From: an uncultured Nitrososphaeraceae archaeon | GTDB taxonomy: Archaea > Thermoproteota > Nitrososphaeria > Nitrososphaerales > Nitrososphaeraceae | Direction: 5' to 3' | Length of the DNA stretch: 43,599 nucleotides | NCBI GenBank assembly: GCA_963765895.1 | Contig: CAVXZB010000056.1 | Span: 1-43,599, forward strand | In this document: positions 9,786 to 20,030 of the stretch, piece by piece | How positions within the stretch are numbered: the stretch's first letter is position 1 | How the letters are laid out: each line of letters opens with the position of its first letter | Notes under the pieces: model-generated | Told to the model about the DNA's origin: nothing | Seen by the model: the letters and a program-made list of their open reading frames with translations, nothing else | Databases searched by the model: none | Made by a program: the position numbers and the translations under genes

Positions 9786-10332
9786 CTAAACCTCGGTTCC
9801 ATTATCAATTTTTACAACAAAAGCGCAGCTCATCTCAGGCATAAAAGCAGCTCCTTTTATCAATAGACATCTGTTGGCATACATATAATATTTACAATCT
9901 TTACATTGGAATCCCTCTGCATCTTTGCCAATAACATGACCCTCTTCATATTCGAGTTTTCTGCCTGTTTTCTTTATAAAATCCCATACAATATCTCCCG
10001 GCAACATACCATCGCCTTTTGGAGAAAAGAAGTTTGAAATGCCATATTGGTTATTTATTTCACCTTCTACAATATGACAATTTTTCGTCAGGTAAATTGA
10101 ATTTGCATTTTATACAAGCATGGTTGTAGTTGTTGTTATGATTACTGTTGTTGGCTTTCCTTCCATCTTGTTCCTTGTAGCCTGCCTCTTGCTTTGTCAT
10201 CTTTTTCTTTGAATTTAGGACATTGTATAATGCAGCATCTTTTACCGCTATGTCCTCTTCTTCTTGCTTTCCTGTAGACTTGGCAATAACTGATTCTTCT
10301 ATATTATTATGACCGTCATTATTATCTATCAT
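9786..10332 (-). pseudogene. Tandem HiPIP-like Cys-motif protein, one frameshift
   Basis: One extra base in the run at 10081-10085 joins CIKCKF..CHIVEGEIN..GISNFF to CKDCKYY..CLLIKG..PEMSCAF. Confidence 0.6.
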
Positions 10333-10713
10333 CTGCTTGAAAACAACAGTAACTAAACTATAAGATATTTAATTCCATACATTCATCTTCACATTACCTT
10401 TATAAGAGATTAAACTGGAAAAAGAAGACAGATAAGAATAGATACACATTGTAGATGAATGATGTAATATAGTTTTATTGCTGGGCAATGCTGAAAGTAC
10501 AAGAACAAGAGAATAGCATACCCTCATCGCTTCATTATGCACTGACAGATTCTCAAATGAAACAAATGTGGAGCACAATTAGTAAAGTTAACTACTGAGG
10601 ATGAACTCTCTGGCCTACTCAACTTGGCATTAATTTCAAGTTTTACTTTACATACCTTACATAAAGCTCATAAACAAACACAGGATTGATATATTTTCTG
10701 TCCCTAGTGTCCC

Positions 10714-10980
10714 ACATATTGGCGTAAAAAAGATTCAGAAAAAGCTGAGATATTTCGTAGAATTGAACCTTATCTAACATTTCTCAATATTAATCAACTA
10801 GAAACGCAGGGTGGAGATATACAGACAAAGTTGGAAGAATTGGAACAGCTGAACCAATCAATGAGAGGTCATGATAAGATGAAAGATGATGCAATAGCAC
10901 ATTTATCAGACCAACTTGTAGTTATAACCGTTAGATTACAGGAAGTACTGGTGAGAAGAAAAAGGAATGCCCAGAAGTAA
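10714..10980 (+). pseudogene. Tyrosine integrase C-terminal remnant
   Basis: TYWRKKDSEKAEIFRRIEPYLTFLN..LETQGGDIQTKLEEL..KDDAIAHLSDQL resembles the Tyr-containing helix and coiled-coil tail of Nitrososphaeraceae integrases; no start codon. Confidence 0.6.
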
Positions 10981-11333
10981 TACCATCTTCGGATTGGACG
11001 GATCGCCAGCTTCTCCTATAGAAAGTAGAAAGCCCATCAACTGTTGTACTATTGTACAATGTCCTTGTGTTCTGCATTTTTTGATTTGATAATTGTTTGT
11101 TCATGTCAAACGAAAATCGAACTTTTACTGGTCTGTTTATTTTATAGAAGATACTTCAAGAATGTGCTGTCATTGCTGGACCAGAAGAATAAGTTCATAA
11201 GAGACTAAGCCTCCACGAAGAGATGGAAAACAAGGCAAACTTTCAGAATCGTAATGTAAAATCATCCAGTGTATTAAAACCTTTAAGGTTCCTACGTTCA
11301 TCAAATAGCTGTAAAGAAGGCCATAACTAAGCC

Positions 11334-11513
11334 TTGGAAAAAATATTTACTTCTTTAAGAGCCTATACTACGGCTAAGGATTCCCACAAGCACAAGAACA
11401 GATTGTGTATAATTTGTGCCAACATAGCTACTACTGAAGCATTATTCGATGTCGGCGAAGGTGTTATTGTAATAGAGAAGTACTGTAATATATGCGCAAA
11501 ACAAGTAAGATAG
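11334..11513 (+). CDS. Small Zn-finger protein (59 aa)
   Basis: TTG start; RLCIICANIATTEALFDVGEGVIVIEKYCNICAKQVR with two CxxC motifs. Confidence 0.65.
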   Translation: MEKIFTSLRAYTTAKDSHKHKNRLCIICANIATTEALFDVGEGVIVIEKYCNICAKQVR

Positions 11514-12031
11514 CGAACAGTAGTTTTTCTATAAAATGCTTAATTATTTTTGTATTCTTAAAAATTGGTGACAACATATCTTACTGATATGGTTATACTT
11601 TTTTGAAAGAAGCTTATTCATATATGAATCAAAACTACGTCAATCTGAACACAATTGGACTTAACTACACCGAATCTGATATTGAACGTATCTATCGTTG
11701 GAATAACGTAAAAATAATGGGAAATGAACAAATTCATTTTAATTTAGTTCGATTCAAGTAAATTAATAATGCAATAAACGATAGCCTTCATTTAGATAAT
11801 CCTGGCTTCATGTAAAGATTGTGCGAATTAGAGAAATATTTTCAGCAGCAACCTATAGAGACAAGAGTTAATGGTATTAACTCCTGGGCCACACTCTCGT
11901 TAATAACTGAGTTTGATTATCTGATGTATTCGATCGATATATTATTTTCCGGGATCAAATACTAATTTTTTCTAGTCGAGTCAAGAGAAATAGTCTATAA
12001 TGATTACTACAGCGCATTAACAAATAATTGA

Positions 12032-12205
12032 CTAACGCTTTATCTTATTACATTCCTTATTCGTAAATTCCCTACATTTATTATCATGCATCCAACGACC
12101 ATTCATAAAAACCTCCAGGTGTTTGATGCTATCTCTATCTTGCACTACTCTTTGGTGTCCATTCTTGGGATTCACTCCCGAGCGGTCAGCATATCCAATT
12201 ATCAT
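12032..12205 (-). CDS. 57-aa hypothetical protein
   Basis: MIIGYADRSGVNPKNGHQRVVQDRDSIKHLEVFMNGRWMHDNKC...; ORF only. Confidence 0.3.
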   Translation of the reverse strand: MIIGYADRSGVNPKNGHQRVVQDRDSIKHLEVFMNGRWMHDNKCREFTNKECNKIKR

Positions 12206-12669
12206 GTCAATATTATGTAGACATTACTTAAGAAACTACTCATATTCCATTCAGATTATAAAATAAATGAATTCCTTTTTGGGGAAAATTCGTTTGATCG
12301 CATTAAAGGAAGCATTGAGAAGTCTACAATATCAATTTTAAACGATATCTATTAATATTCTACACTTAGCCAACATTTTGATTTACTAACTTACAGTATT
12401 TCAAAAAGTGCTGTCATATTTTTAATTTGGGCCAAATGACGAGAGTTTTATTAGAAATTGTAGACAGTCCACTAAACCAAAAAATAATGAAAAACTAAAC
12501 GCACTAGAATTATCGAAAGAATGGTCTCGAATAACTGTAATCGAATGTCCCTTCTCTGTGTTAACACAAGCGTATCATTCTAATCATAATATTATCACAA
12601 GTCTTCAAAATTCAGGTAGCAAGTGGTAGTTCAATTGAATGATTTCTTTCAGATATGGTGTTTCCCTTA

Positions 12670-13036
12670 TCTGGCTGATCAAGTCATAGACTACAAGAGC
12701 CAGAACTTTGAAGATCTGCTGCATGACTATGATTCAGTCTTTGATACTGTAGGTGGAGAAATATACAAAAGGTCTTTCAAAGTTTTAAAGAAAGGTGGCA
12801 TAATTATTTCTATGCTAGAGCAGCCAAACTTGGAGCTGATGAGTCAATACGATATCAAGGCAATATTTCAGTTCACCCGAGCAGATAGAGAACAGTTGAC
12901 TAAGTTGGCAGAGTGGTTAGATCAAAATGATATAAGGATAAATGTAGACAGGACATTTTTACTAGATGAGGCTAGTAAGGCACTAGACTACCAAAAGGAT
13001 GTCCATCCAAGAGGTAAAGTAGTTCTAACTATGTGA
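12670..13036 (+). pseudogene. NADP-dependent (quinone) oxidoreductase, C-terminal fragment
   Basis: ADQVIDYKSQNF, DSVFDTVGGE and HPRGKVVL motifs; N-terminal half absent. Confidence 0.85.
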
Positions 13037-13119
13037 TAACAGAAAGTAAGTCGTGACAGTATCAATAGTAATGAGTAACAATATGACAGAATCTTGAAAA
13101 CAAAGTTTTAGCATTATTG

Positions 13120-13663
13120 ATACGGTTACCACCTTCGATGGGTATAGTTGAAGGTATGAATCGTCTAAGAGATATCATACCTGAATTAGATAAAAGATTC
13201 AGATATGCAGTAGAAGTTAGTTAGAGACAGTTCGTGGTTTTAGGATTTGGCATATAGTTTTTTTGCAAATAACAATATGTGCTTGGTATGAAGTCAACTA
13301 GCTGGAATAAGAACACCTCCAATAGTTACAACAGACTTTCTCTACATAAGATTCATTGGGGATAGAACAATACAAGAAAAGGATTTTGGTAAGATACAAA
13401 AAGATAGGGTTTCAGAAATGAAAAAGTAGTCGAGATTTCTGAAGAGAGCTAGAGAAGAGCAACTAGACAGACTAAACCTAGCAATTGTAGCAGCAAACAA
13501 TCATTATGCCGGGTTTGGTCCAGGAACTGCTAATACATTCAGGAAAATGTTGGATTTATCAGAAGTGACATGGAGTGATATTAATATGGCCAAATTAGAT
13601 GAAGATAGATCATACATATTAGAAGAACAAAACAGACTACTCTATCAGATTTTTTGAAATAAT
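13120..13663 (+). pseudogene. DUF72 (YecE-like) protein, truncated and with several stops
   Basis: LPPSM, FRYAVEV, TTDFLYIRFIGDR, NNHYAGFGPGTA and C-terminal KQTTLSDF. Confidence 0.88.
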
Positions 13664-13783
13664 GTTTAGAATCAAGTAGAATTAAGTAAAATGCAGAAAT
13701 CAAGATATAGACTAACTTATACGGAAAGCGAAGGTAATAATGCATTTGAAATGTCTATTATGATGTAACTTCCGAAAATGATG

Positions 13784-13941
13784 GTGACGGCAGTGATGGC
13801 TATGACGGCTCTAGAGACAATGCCAGTGACATTAGTGATACAAAATGCCATAGTAATAACTGCATCAAATCAATCAGAAGTTAAAATAAATACCGTAGAA
13901 GAAAGACAAGGCATTACCCTAGGAGCCGTCACAGCCGTCAC
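13784..13941. repeat. Iteron-like array
   Basis: 3 x RTGAYGGC at 9-bp period (13784-13809) and 2 x inverted GCCGTCAC (13925-13941). Confidence 0.6.
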
Positions 13942-14069
13942 AGTTGGGGAGACCGGTAATAATCCTATCTGTACACAGACTGCTCTTCCTCCTACAAAAG
14001 CTCTTCAACAAACAAGGTCAGAAACTATTCGAAATACAGGTGAAATTCACTGGTCTGGTAATAATTGAT

Positions 14070-14102
14070 ATTGTAGGCATTGTAGGCATTGTAGGCATTG
14101 TA
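14070..14102. repeat. 9-bp tandem repeat
   Basis: ATTGTAGGC x3 plus ATTGTA. Confidence 0.9.
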
Positions 14103-14307
14103 AATTATTTGGCGACAAATTCTATATGGAAGTTCATATTTGTAAGGGATATACCTCTGAGTGATCCGACCGGAGCCATCAGTACACGATTTTTTCTTAA
14201 TAACAAATATTTCTTATGTACAGCTCACAGAACCCCTGCAGGGCAAGATCTGCGTCAAGTAACGATGGCTATAGATATAACATGGAGTCAAATACAAACC
14301 TATAGAC

Positions 14308-14565
14308 TGATATCTATAGATAGTATCATATTAGTCTAAGTGAACTGTGTATTTAATTCTGTTAATACGGGCGGGCCTCAGCAAATCGAATAATATCACA
14401 TTCCTATGAAGTCCCGCATATTCATTTCGAAAATTGCGCTTGTATTAACGATATGCAGCACGGGAGATTATAAATATTATCGAATATGCTGCATCCTAGG
14501 TATAGAGTGACACCTTGGCAGGATGAAATTTGAGTGCGTTTCTATCGTGAGACGCGCTCCAAATA
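14308..14565 (+). repeat. Dispersed structured repeat, longest copy B (left plus right parts)
   Basis: Left part matches 6897-6990; right part matches 5520-5700 and 6600-6693. Confidence 0.8.
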
Positions 14566-14920
14566 AACGTAGATAGTGGTATAATTTGTCAACTGTGGAT
14601 ATCATTGTTTCGAGAAAGAAGTAGCTAACGTAACAATAGTTTTCGCCTTATTTAAGTGGCAAGGGCGCGCCCCCATGCTTTTGGTATTGCTTAAAAAGCA
14701 CCTCGAAGTCCGCTGTAATGAGATGGTGCATAGATGAAAAGCTTGAATAATCTAAGCATACTTAATTTCTCTATTGGTACTTCAATATCTTTTGTGTGAA
14801 ATGAGTTACAACAATACCTGCGATGAAAATCGGACAATAAAATGGAGAGAATTTTACATCTTTATTCAAATAATTAAACATTATTAGCCATAATATACAG
14901 ATTATCGAATTAATGGCAAT

Positions 14921-15895
14921 ATGATTATATCGGCAAGACCAGTGGTAATGGCATTACTGGCTTTCATTGTGGCAATCACAATCATTTCCATCCAAACGAT
15001 CACAAATATAGCTTCAGCAGAGCCTCCACAAAACCAAGAACAACAACTACAACTCACAACGATAACAAATAACACTAATAACACTAACGGAAATAACAGC
15101 ATGTCAATATAGTCACCTGCTTCTTCATCTTCACCTTCTCCTACCATGAACATCCGCCCTAACATTCAGACAGATTTCAATCCAAATGCGACCTATCCAA
15201 GAGTATCTAAATTTGCATATATTGATCCTCTTGCACTTCTTATTGGTGACTGTGAAATTGGAAGGCTAGTGTTGATTGCACCATTTGCTGTATGTAGCGG
15301 TGATGAAGGAACGCCTATTCATATTGGAGACTATTCTAATATGCAAGATGGTGTAATTTTACATGCTCTTGAAACAACATCCCATGGTAAGAATATTGAC
15401 GATAGGAGATATTCAGCAGAAGGATCTCTGTTGAAAGGTAATAGTAGTGAATTTAGGAATGGTTTTGCCATATATGTTGGTGATAAGGTCAGTTTAGCAC
15501 ATGGAGTTCAGGTTCATGGACCTGTATATATTGAAAATGACACATTTGTAGGTATGAATAGCTTCATCTTTAATGCAAAAGTTGGCAATAGAGTAGCAAT
15601 AGGAGTATCCAGTACAATAACTAACGGTGTCACAATCCCTGATAATAAATTTGTACCACCCGGAACTATTGTAACTACACAAGCGCAGGCAGATGCATTA
15701 CCATCCAGAGTTGGAAGTCCGTATGAGGCGATAAATAGTGCTGTTCTTCATGTGAATCAAGAGCTTGCGAAAGGATATAACGCGCAGAACATTCAAAGAT
15801 TAGCTACTGAGATGGAAGATACACTAGAGCAGGACGAGATGCTTCTAACAGGGAGTCCAACAGGGAATGCAGGTGCAGGGGTAGCTGGAGGATAG
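14921..15895 (+). pseudogene. Secreted gamma-class carbonic anhydrase (Cam-like), interrupted by an in-frame TAG at 15110; catalytic ORF 15146-15895 open
   Basis: Hexapeptide repeats; SNMQDGVILHALE and SLAHGVQVHGP supply three Zn-binding His; the signal-peptide ORF is in the same frame. Confidence 0.88.
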
Positions 15896-16215
15896 TAATA
15901 ATACAATTTTTTATGATGCACTAACGCCTTTTTTTGCTTATGCAGGAAAGTTAATTTCTGTTGTATATTCTTCTAATCCTCTAAACGCCATTTAATTAAA
16001 TACTTTCAAGTGGTAAAACTTTACCAGTCTAAATGCCAAACTACTGGTCCATGATTCCTTTTAATTAATTACTAGTATTAATAATTGGACGCAGGCAGTA
16101 TGGCCATTATTTAATAAAACATACCAAATTTGCCTTATATGCTCCATAATACCAATGTTTCGTGTCGAGTAATCACGCTTTTGTTCTAGTAACAGGAGAG
16201 GTTTTCAGTAGTTCT

Positions 16216-16295
16216 AAAAAAGTGGGGCTTTGTAAGACCCATTAGAGTCTGTGGCTGCCCACAGATTTGAACGACGGGTACAATCATTGTCGTTG
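16216..16295 (-). terminator. Hairpin cluster followed by a T tract, downstream of 16296-16586
   Basis: Minus strand: AACGAC..GTCGTT, TCTGTGG-GCAG-CCACAGA, GGGTCTT-ACA-AAGCCCC, then TTTTTT. Confidence 0.4.
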
Positions 16296-16586
16296 CTATT
16301 GCAACTTTTCACATTCGGACACTTTAGCAATCAATTTATTTATCATCTTTTGCTGCTGCAATATCAATAGCATAAATAATGATTCGGCTGAATAGTTTTC
16401 GCCTTTGGAACTAACAGCTGCAATGTAATCTTTATTGTGGCTACATTCAGAAAGCATCTTATTAAAAAGAAGTGCATTTTCTTCTCTTAGAGCATATCTA
16501 AAGTCTTTCCATGATTCGATCTCTTTAGCTAGGATATCAACATTGCCATCTTCATTTTGTTCATTTTGGGACACTTCGATTATCAT
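16296..16586 (-). CDS. PolB2-associated small protein paralog (orphan copy)
   Basis: DILAKEIESWKDFRYALR..LFNKML..ESLFMLLILQQQKMI aligns with 39177-39455. Confidence 0.8.
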   Translation of the reverse strand: MIIEVSQNEQNEDGNVDILAKEIESWKDFRYALREENALLFNKMLSECSHNKDYIAAVSSKGENYSAESLFMLLILQQQKMINKLIAKVSECEKLQ

Positions 16587-16785
16587 CTCGAATTTACATT
16601 CTTTTTAACAACAGAGCCGCAAAGGGAGAGGCAGAGGGGATTCCATATTTGCTAGAATGTCAACTCGTGTTAATGACTCAATATCTAATAACTAGCTTGT
16701 AAATTCTATGTTCATGGCCACCTTTGACAAATACAGATAGTAATAATTGTTCTTTGCACTTTTCCGGAAACTATGCCATTAGAGA

Positions 16786-17050
16786 GTTTCCCGGCTAGTT
16801 CCCAGTCTTAAAATGGCCAAATTCACGCTCAATTTGTGCATAAACTGGGGAACGGGGAACTCGGGGACTTAACGTGTCTGTGAGAGAAAATAATGAATAT
16901 GAGATAGTATCGTCTATTCCCTAGATGTACCAGTAAGTTCCCCGACTTTCCCGGTTCCCAGTTTTGACGAAAACCACTCTCAAATCGCTAGCGATACAAG
17001 CGGGAAACTTGGCGGAAAAATAGAGGCGCACGCGAGCTCATCTTCCCCGT
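16786..17050. repeat. GGGAAC-type iteron-like inverted repeats
   Basis: 16843-16870 is an imperfect inverted copy of 16935-16963; further units at 16786-16806, about 17001 and about 17042. Confidence 0.65.
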
Positions 17051-17317
17051 TACCAACCAAACTAGCTATGCATATAGAGGATAAAACTAATATGAGATCG
17101 ATAAACGCTATATGGTGTTTACTTCGCTTTTGCATACATCATATCTCGGTATATACAGTTTCCCTAACTTCGTCTCTTTCAGTTTGGTCGATCTAGGCTT
17201 GGCATTACTAATTGGAGTTATCGCCGGCTTCATTAGGGTTATGCTAAGTCATAGGTACTATCAAGTTAAAGGGTGACAGAAAAGACTGTCAAATGTCGGG
17301 TGATGATATTCAAAAGA

Positions 17318-17764
17318 CTATAGCTTCTTCTTGGCAATTTTCTTTAACCCCAACCATACTATTGGAGCAGCGAAGGCAACCATCGAATAAGTCAAAACTG
17401 CATTTGAATATTCTAATTTAAGGAGGATCAAAAATCCAATAGCCCAAAATATCATGAAAGCTCCGGGAATTTGTACTCGTCTTGTGTAGATAGCTGATTG
17501 TTTCAATTGTTCTTTTGTGGGCTCATTATCCTGATAGAACGGTTGAAGGAGATATGTTGCCGACAACATGTACAAAAGTATTGAGACGATTAGCAAGATA
17601 ACTGCAAATGCTTCAAAATAATAATCGAACCATTCTTTGTCGGCATTTGGCTTGGGTGCTGTCAGGTATAATACTAGCAGAATCGCGCTTATGCCGATGA
17701 ACCAACTAGTAATTGTAGTCTGTCTTTCATTTGCGCCTTTCCAGCCACTCAATATATGCTCCAC
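17318..17764 (-). CDS. Four-TM hypothetical membrane protein
   Basis: Four hydrophobic segments and a Lys-rich tail. Confidence 0.7.
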   Translation of the reverse strand: MEHILSGWKGANERQTTITSWFIGISAILLVLYLTAPKPNADKEWFDYYFEAFAVILLIVSILLYMLSATYLLQPFYQDNEPTKEQLKQSAIYTRRVQIPGAFMIFWAIGFLILLKLEYSNAVLTYSMVAFAAPIVWLGLKKIAKKKL

Positions 17765-17799
17765 TCAAAGGATGCTAATAAAGTTAGAAGGACTAGACT

Positions 17800-17925
17800 A
17801 GACTGGAATCTTAGAGACTTTGCTTGCGTCTGGATCACGGTAAGCCACTTGTTTTGACCTTCTATCTCAATCACGCAGGCGTCAAGCGGTGTCTTGCCAA
17901 AGTCAGCCTGGTCTAACCCATTGAT
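17800..17925 (-). mobile_element. DDE transposase (IS6-like) C-terminal remnant
   Basis: GKTPLDACVIEIEGQNKWLTVIQ resembles the GKTPAEACGIxIEGxNKWxTxIQNA tail of archaeal DDE transposases. Confidence 0.65.
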
Positions 17926-17940
17926 AATGAAGATGAGGAT

Positions 17941-18387
17941 CTATTGATTTGTGTTTCTACCTAGACTTGTAGTCAACTCTTTTACTCTCTGTTCAATCTC
18001 ATCCCTGATCTCTCTGACTTTTTCTATTGGCTTACCCCTGGGGTCTTCTATTCCCCAGTCTTTAAGATTGTGAAGAAAAGTTGCAGGACACCAAACCTTG
18101 TCCATACATCCCATGTTCACGATCTTGGTAGAGTTTCTCATCATATCTTCGGTTATGTCCTTAGGTCTCTATTTGCTAATGTCTATTCCGACTTCTTTCA
18201 TTACTTCAATTGCAAGTGGGTTTATTTCTGAAGTTGGTCTGGTTCCTGCGCTTATCGGTTCCTAGTCCATAGAAGCATCATGTCTAAAGAATCCTTCAGC
18301 CATCTGACTACGGCCTGCATTTTGTACACATACAAATAGAATTGTACTCTTTGTCTTTGATTTATTAAAGCTAAATAAAAATTTCAT
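17941..18387 (-). pseudogene. arsC: Arsenate reductase, LMW-PTP family, two in-frame TAG
   Basis: ILFVCVQNAGRSQMAEG, SAGT, GC..CP and DWGIEDP motifs; stops at D*EP and K*RPK. Confidence 0.9.
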
Positions 18388-18412
18388 ACTTTCGAACTCT
18401 CACTTGTAAATG

Positions 18413-19210
18413 CTACTCCTTTATCGCCTTTATCACCAGACTAGTTATTCTTCTGCCTTCCGCATTCTTCCCATCCATATACAATTTCTCTTCCAATACT
18501 TCTACATTAGAAAATCTGGCCTCTCTAATACTATCAAGATAGTGTTCTTTTGTTAATGCACCATCTGTACAACTACACCATTTATCTGAATCTGTCGATT
18601 CTGGGTCTACTTCCTTACTTGTTACAAGATCTGATATCACCATTCTGCCACCATTGGTTTTTAGGATCCTGTAAATTTCCTTGAATGCGGCTATTTTGTC
18701 TATAGTTAGGTTAATAACACAATTGCTGATGACTACATCTGCAGCATTATCGTTAATTGGAATCCCTTTTTCTATATCTCCTTTCTTGAATTCTACATTT
18801 GTATATCTATTCTGTTTTGCGTGATATCCAGCCTTTTCTAACATCTCATCTGTCATATCAATGCCAATTACTTTTCCAGACTGTTTGACTTTGTTTGCTG
18901 ACAAAAATACATCAATCCCTCCACCTGAGCCTATATCGATGACTACTTCTCCTTCATGGATATTTGCAAAATTAACTGGTGCACCACATCCTACACCGAG
19001 AATAGAAGTTTCAGGAATAGAATTTGAATCGTTAAAATCATAACCAATATTTTCTGCAATTTGCAGAGGTGACAACATCATTGAACTATCACTATTATTG
19101 CCACCATCACAACATTCAGCAGATGCATTACGACAGCCATCTAAATTTCCTGCCGACGCAATCTTTCCATATTTTTCCATTACTTTCAGCTTGATTAATT
19201 CCTCTTTCAC
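18413..19210 (-). CDS. arsM: Arsenite S-adenosylmethionine methyltransferase
   Basis: ECC, GVGCGAP, DIGSGGGID, SNCVINL and WCSCTDGA motifs; adjacent to arsC. Confidence 0.9.
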   Translation of the reverse strand: MKEELIKLKVMEKYGKIASAGNLDGCRNASAECCDGGNNSDSSMMLSPLQIAENIGYDFNDSNSIPETSILGVGCGAPVNFANIHEGEVVIDIGSGGGIDVFLSANKVKQSGKVIGIDMTDEMLEKAGYHAKQNRYTNVEFKKGDIEKGIPINDNAADVVISNCVINLTIDKIAAFKEIYRILKTNGGRMVISDLVTSKEVDPESTDSDKWCSCTDGALTKEHYLDSIREARFSNVEVLEEKLYMDGKNAEGRRITSLVIKAIKE

Positions 19211-19272
19211 ACTTATGTTTACAAAAGAAACTATTTAAGTTGTCAAGAGAAGCTAGTAAAGTAAGTGTAATT

Positions 19273-19691
19273 ATGGAAACAAATGAAGAAGCACGGCCAA
19301 GGGGAGGGAGAAACACAAGAGAATTACCAGTAATAGAAGATAGCATCCAGCTGTATGACTTTAGAGGATATGATGCAGATGTACTGATGAAAGAGACCTC
19401 GAAACTTAGGAAACTAATAACCAAAAAAGGAACACTTGAAATCTTGATACCTCTTTGCTGCACTACAAATCCGGTTAGATATATTAAATTCAGAAATACC
19501 TTGAAGGGCTTTAGTAGTAAGACCTTGGCTCCAGACTTAAGGAACTCCAAAGAAGTGGCATATTAGAGAGGGGGTCATATAACGAAACCCCTCCACGAGT
19601 AGAATATAAGTTGACAAAGAAGGGTCAAGAGCTTGTGGAGTCTATAGTTAATTTGCTGCAATGGATGAGAAAATGGAGCTCTACTAAATGA
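19273..19691 (+). pseudogene. HxlR-family winged-HTH regulator, frameshift near 19531
   Basis: LKGFSSKTLA continues in a shifted frame as RLKELQRSGILER..PPRVEYKLTKKGQEL. Confidence 0.85.
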
Positions 19692-20030
19692 TGATAATAA
19701 TCTGTATGGAAGAAAATGGCTTTGGTTATTTAACCATCAGAAGATAAGATGTACACTGCAATTCGCCTTGATGAATGGTTATAAGTTATATGATAAAATA
19801 AAAAAGATTCTGAGAATACATCAATATTCCACCATATCGTTTCTGCATTTCAATTACTTCTGAAATATGCCATTTTGCATAGATGTTGGCCTCTTAACTA
19901 CTACCAATAGTATAACAAAACCTTATTTACATCTATACGATATGGAGTATATAAGGGGCTATATAATACGGATTTACTGTTACAAAAATACTCATCTTTA
20001 GCACTTGCTTCATTTGTTATTACCATTTTT

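Noticed and set aside
14070-14102. Possible CRISPR or other spaced array
   Set aside because: Simple tandem repeat without spacers; no cas genes or regularly spaced repeats in the window
15110-18270. In-frame TAG codons in the gamma-CA and arsC genes as pyrrolysine or amber readthrough
   Set aside because: They fall at positions expected to be Gln/Tyr/Trp, TAG ends many intact genes, and no pyl genes are visible
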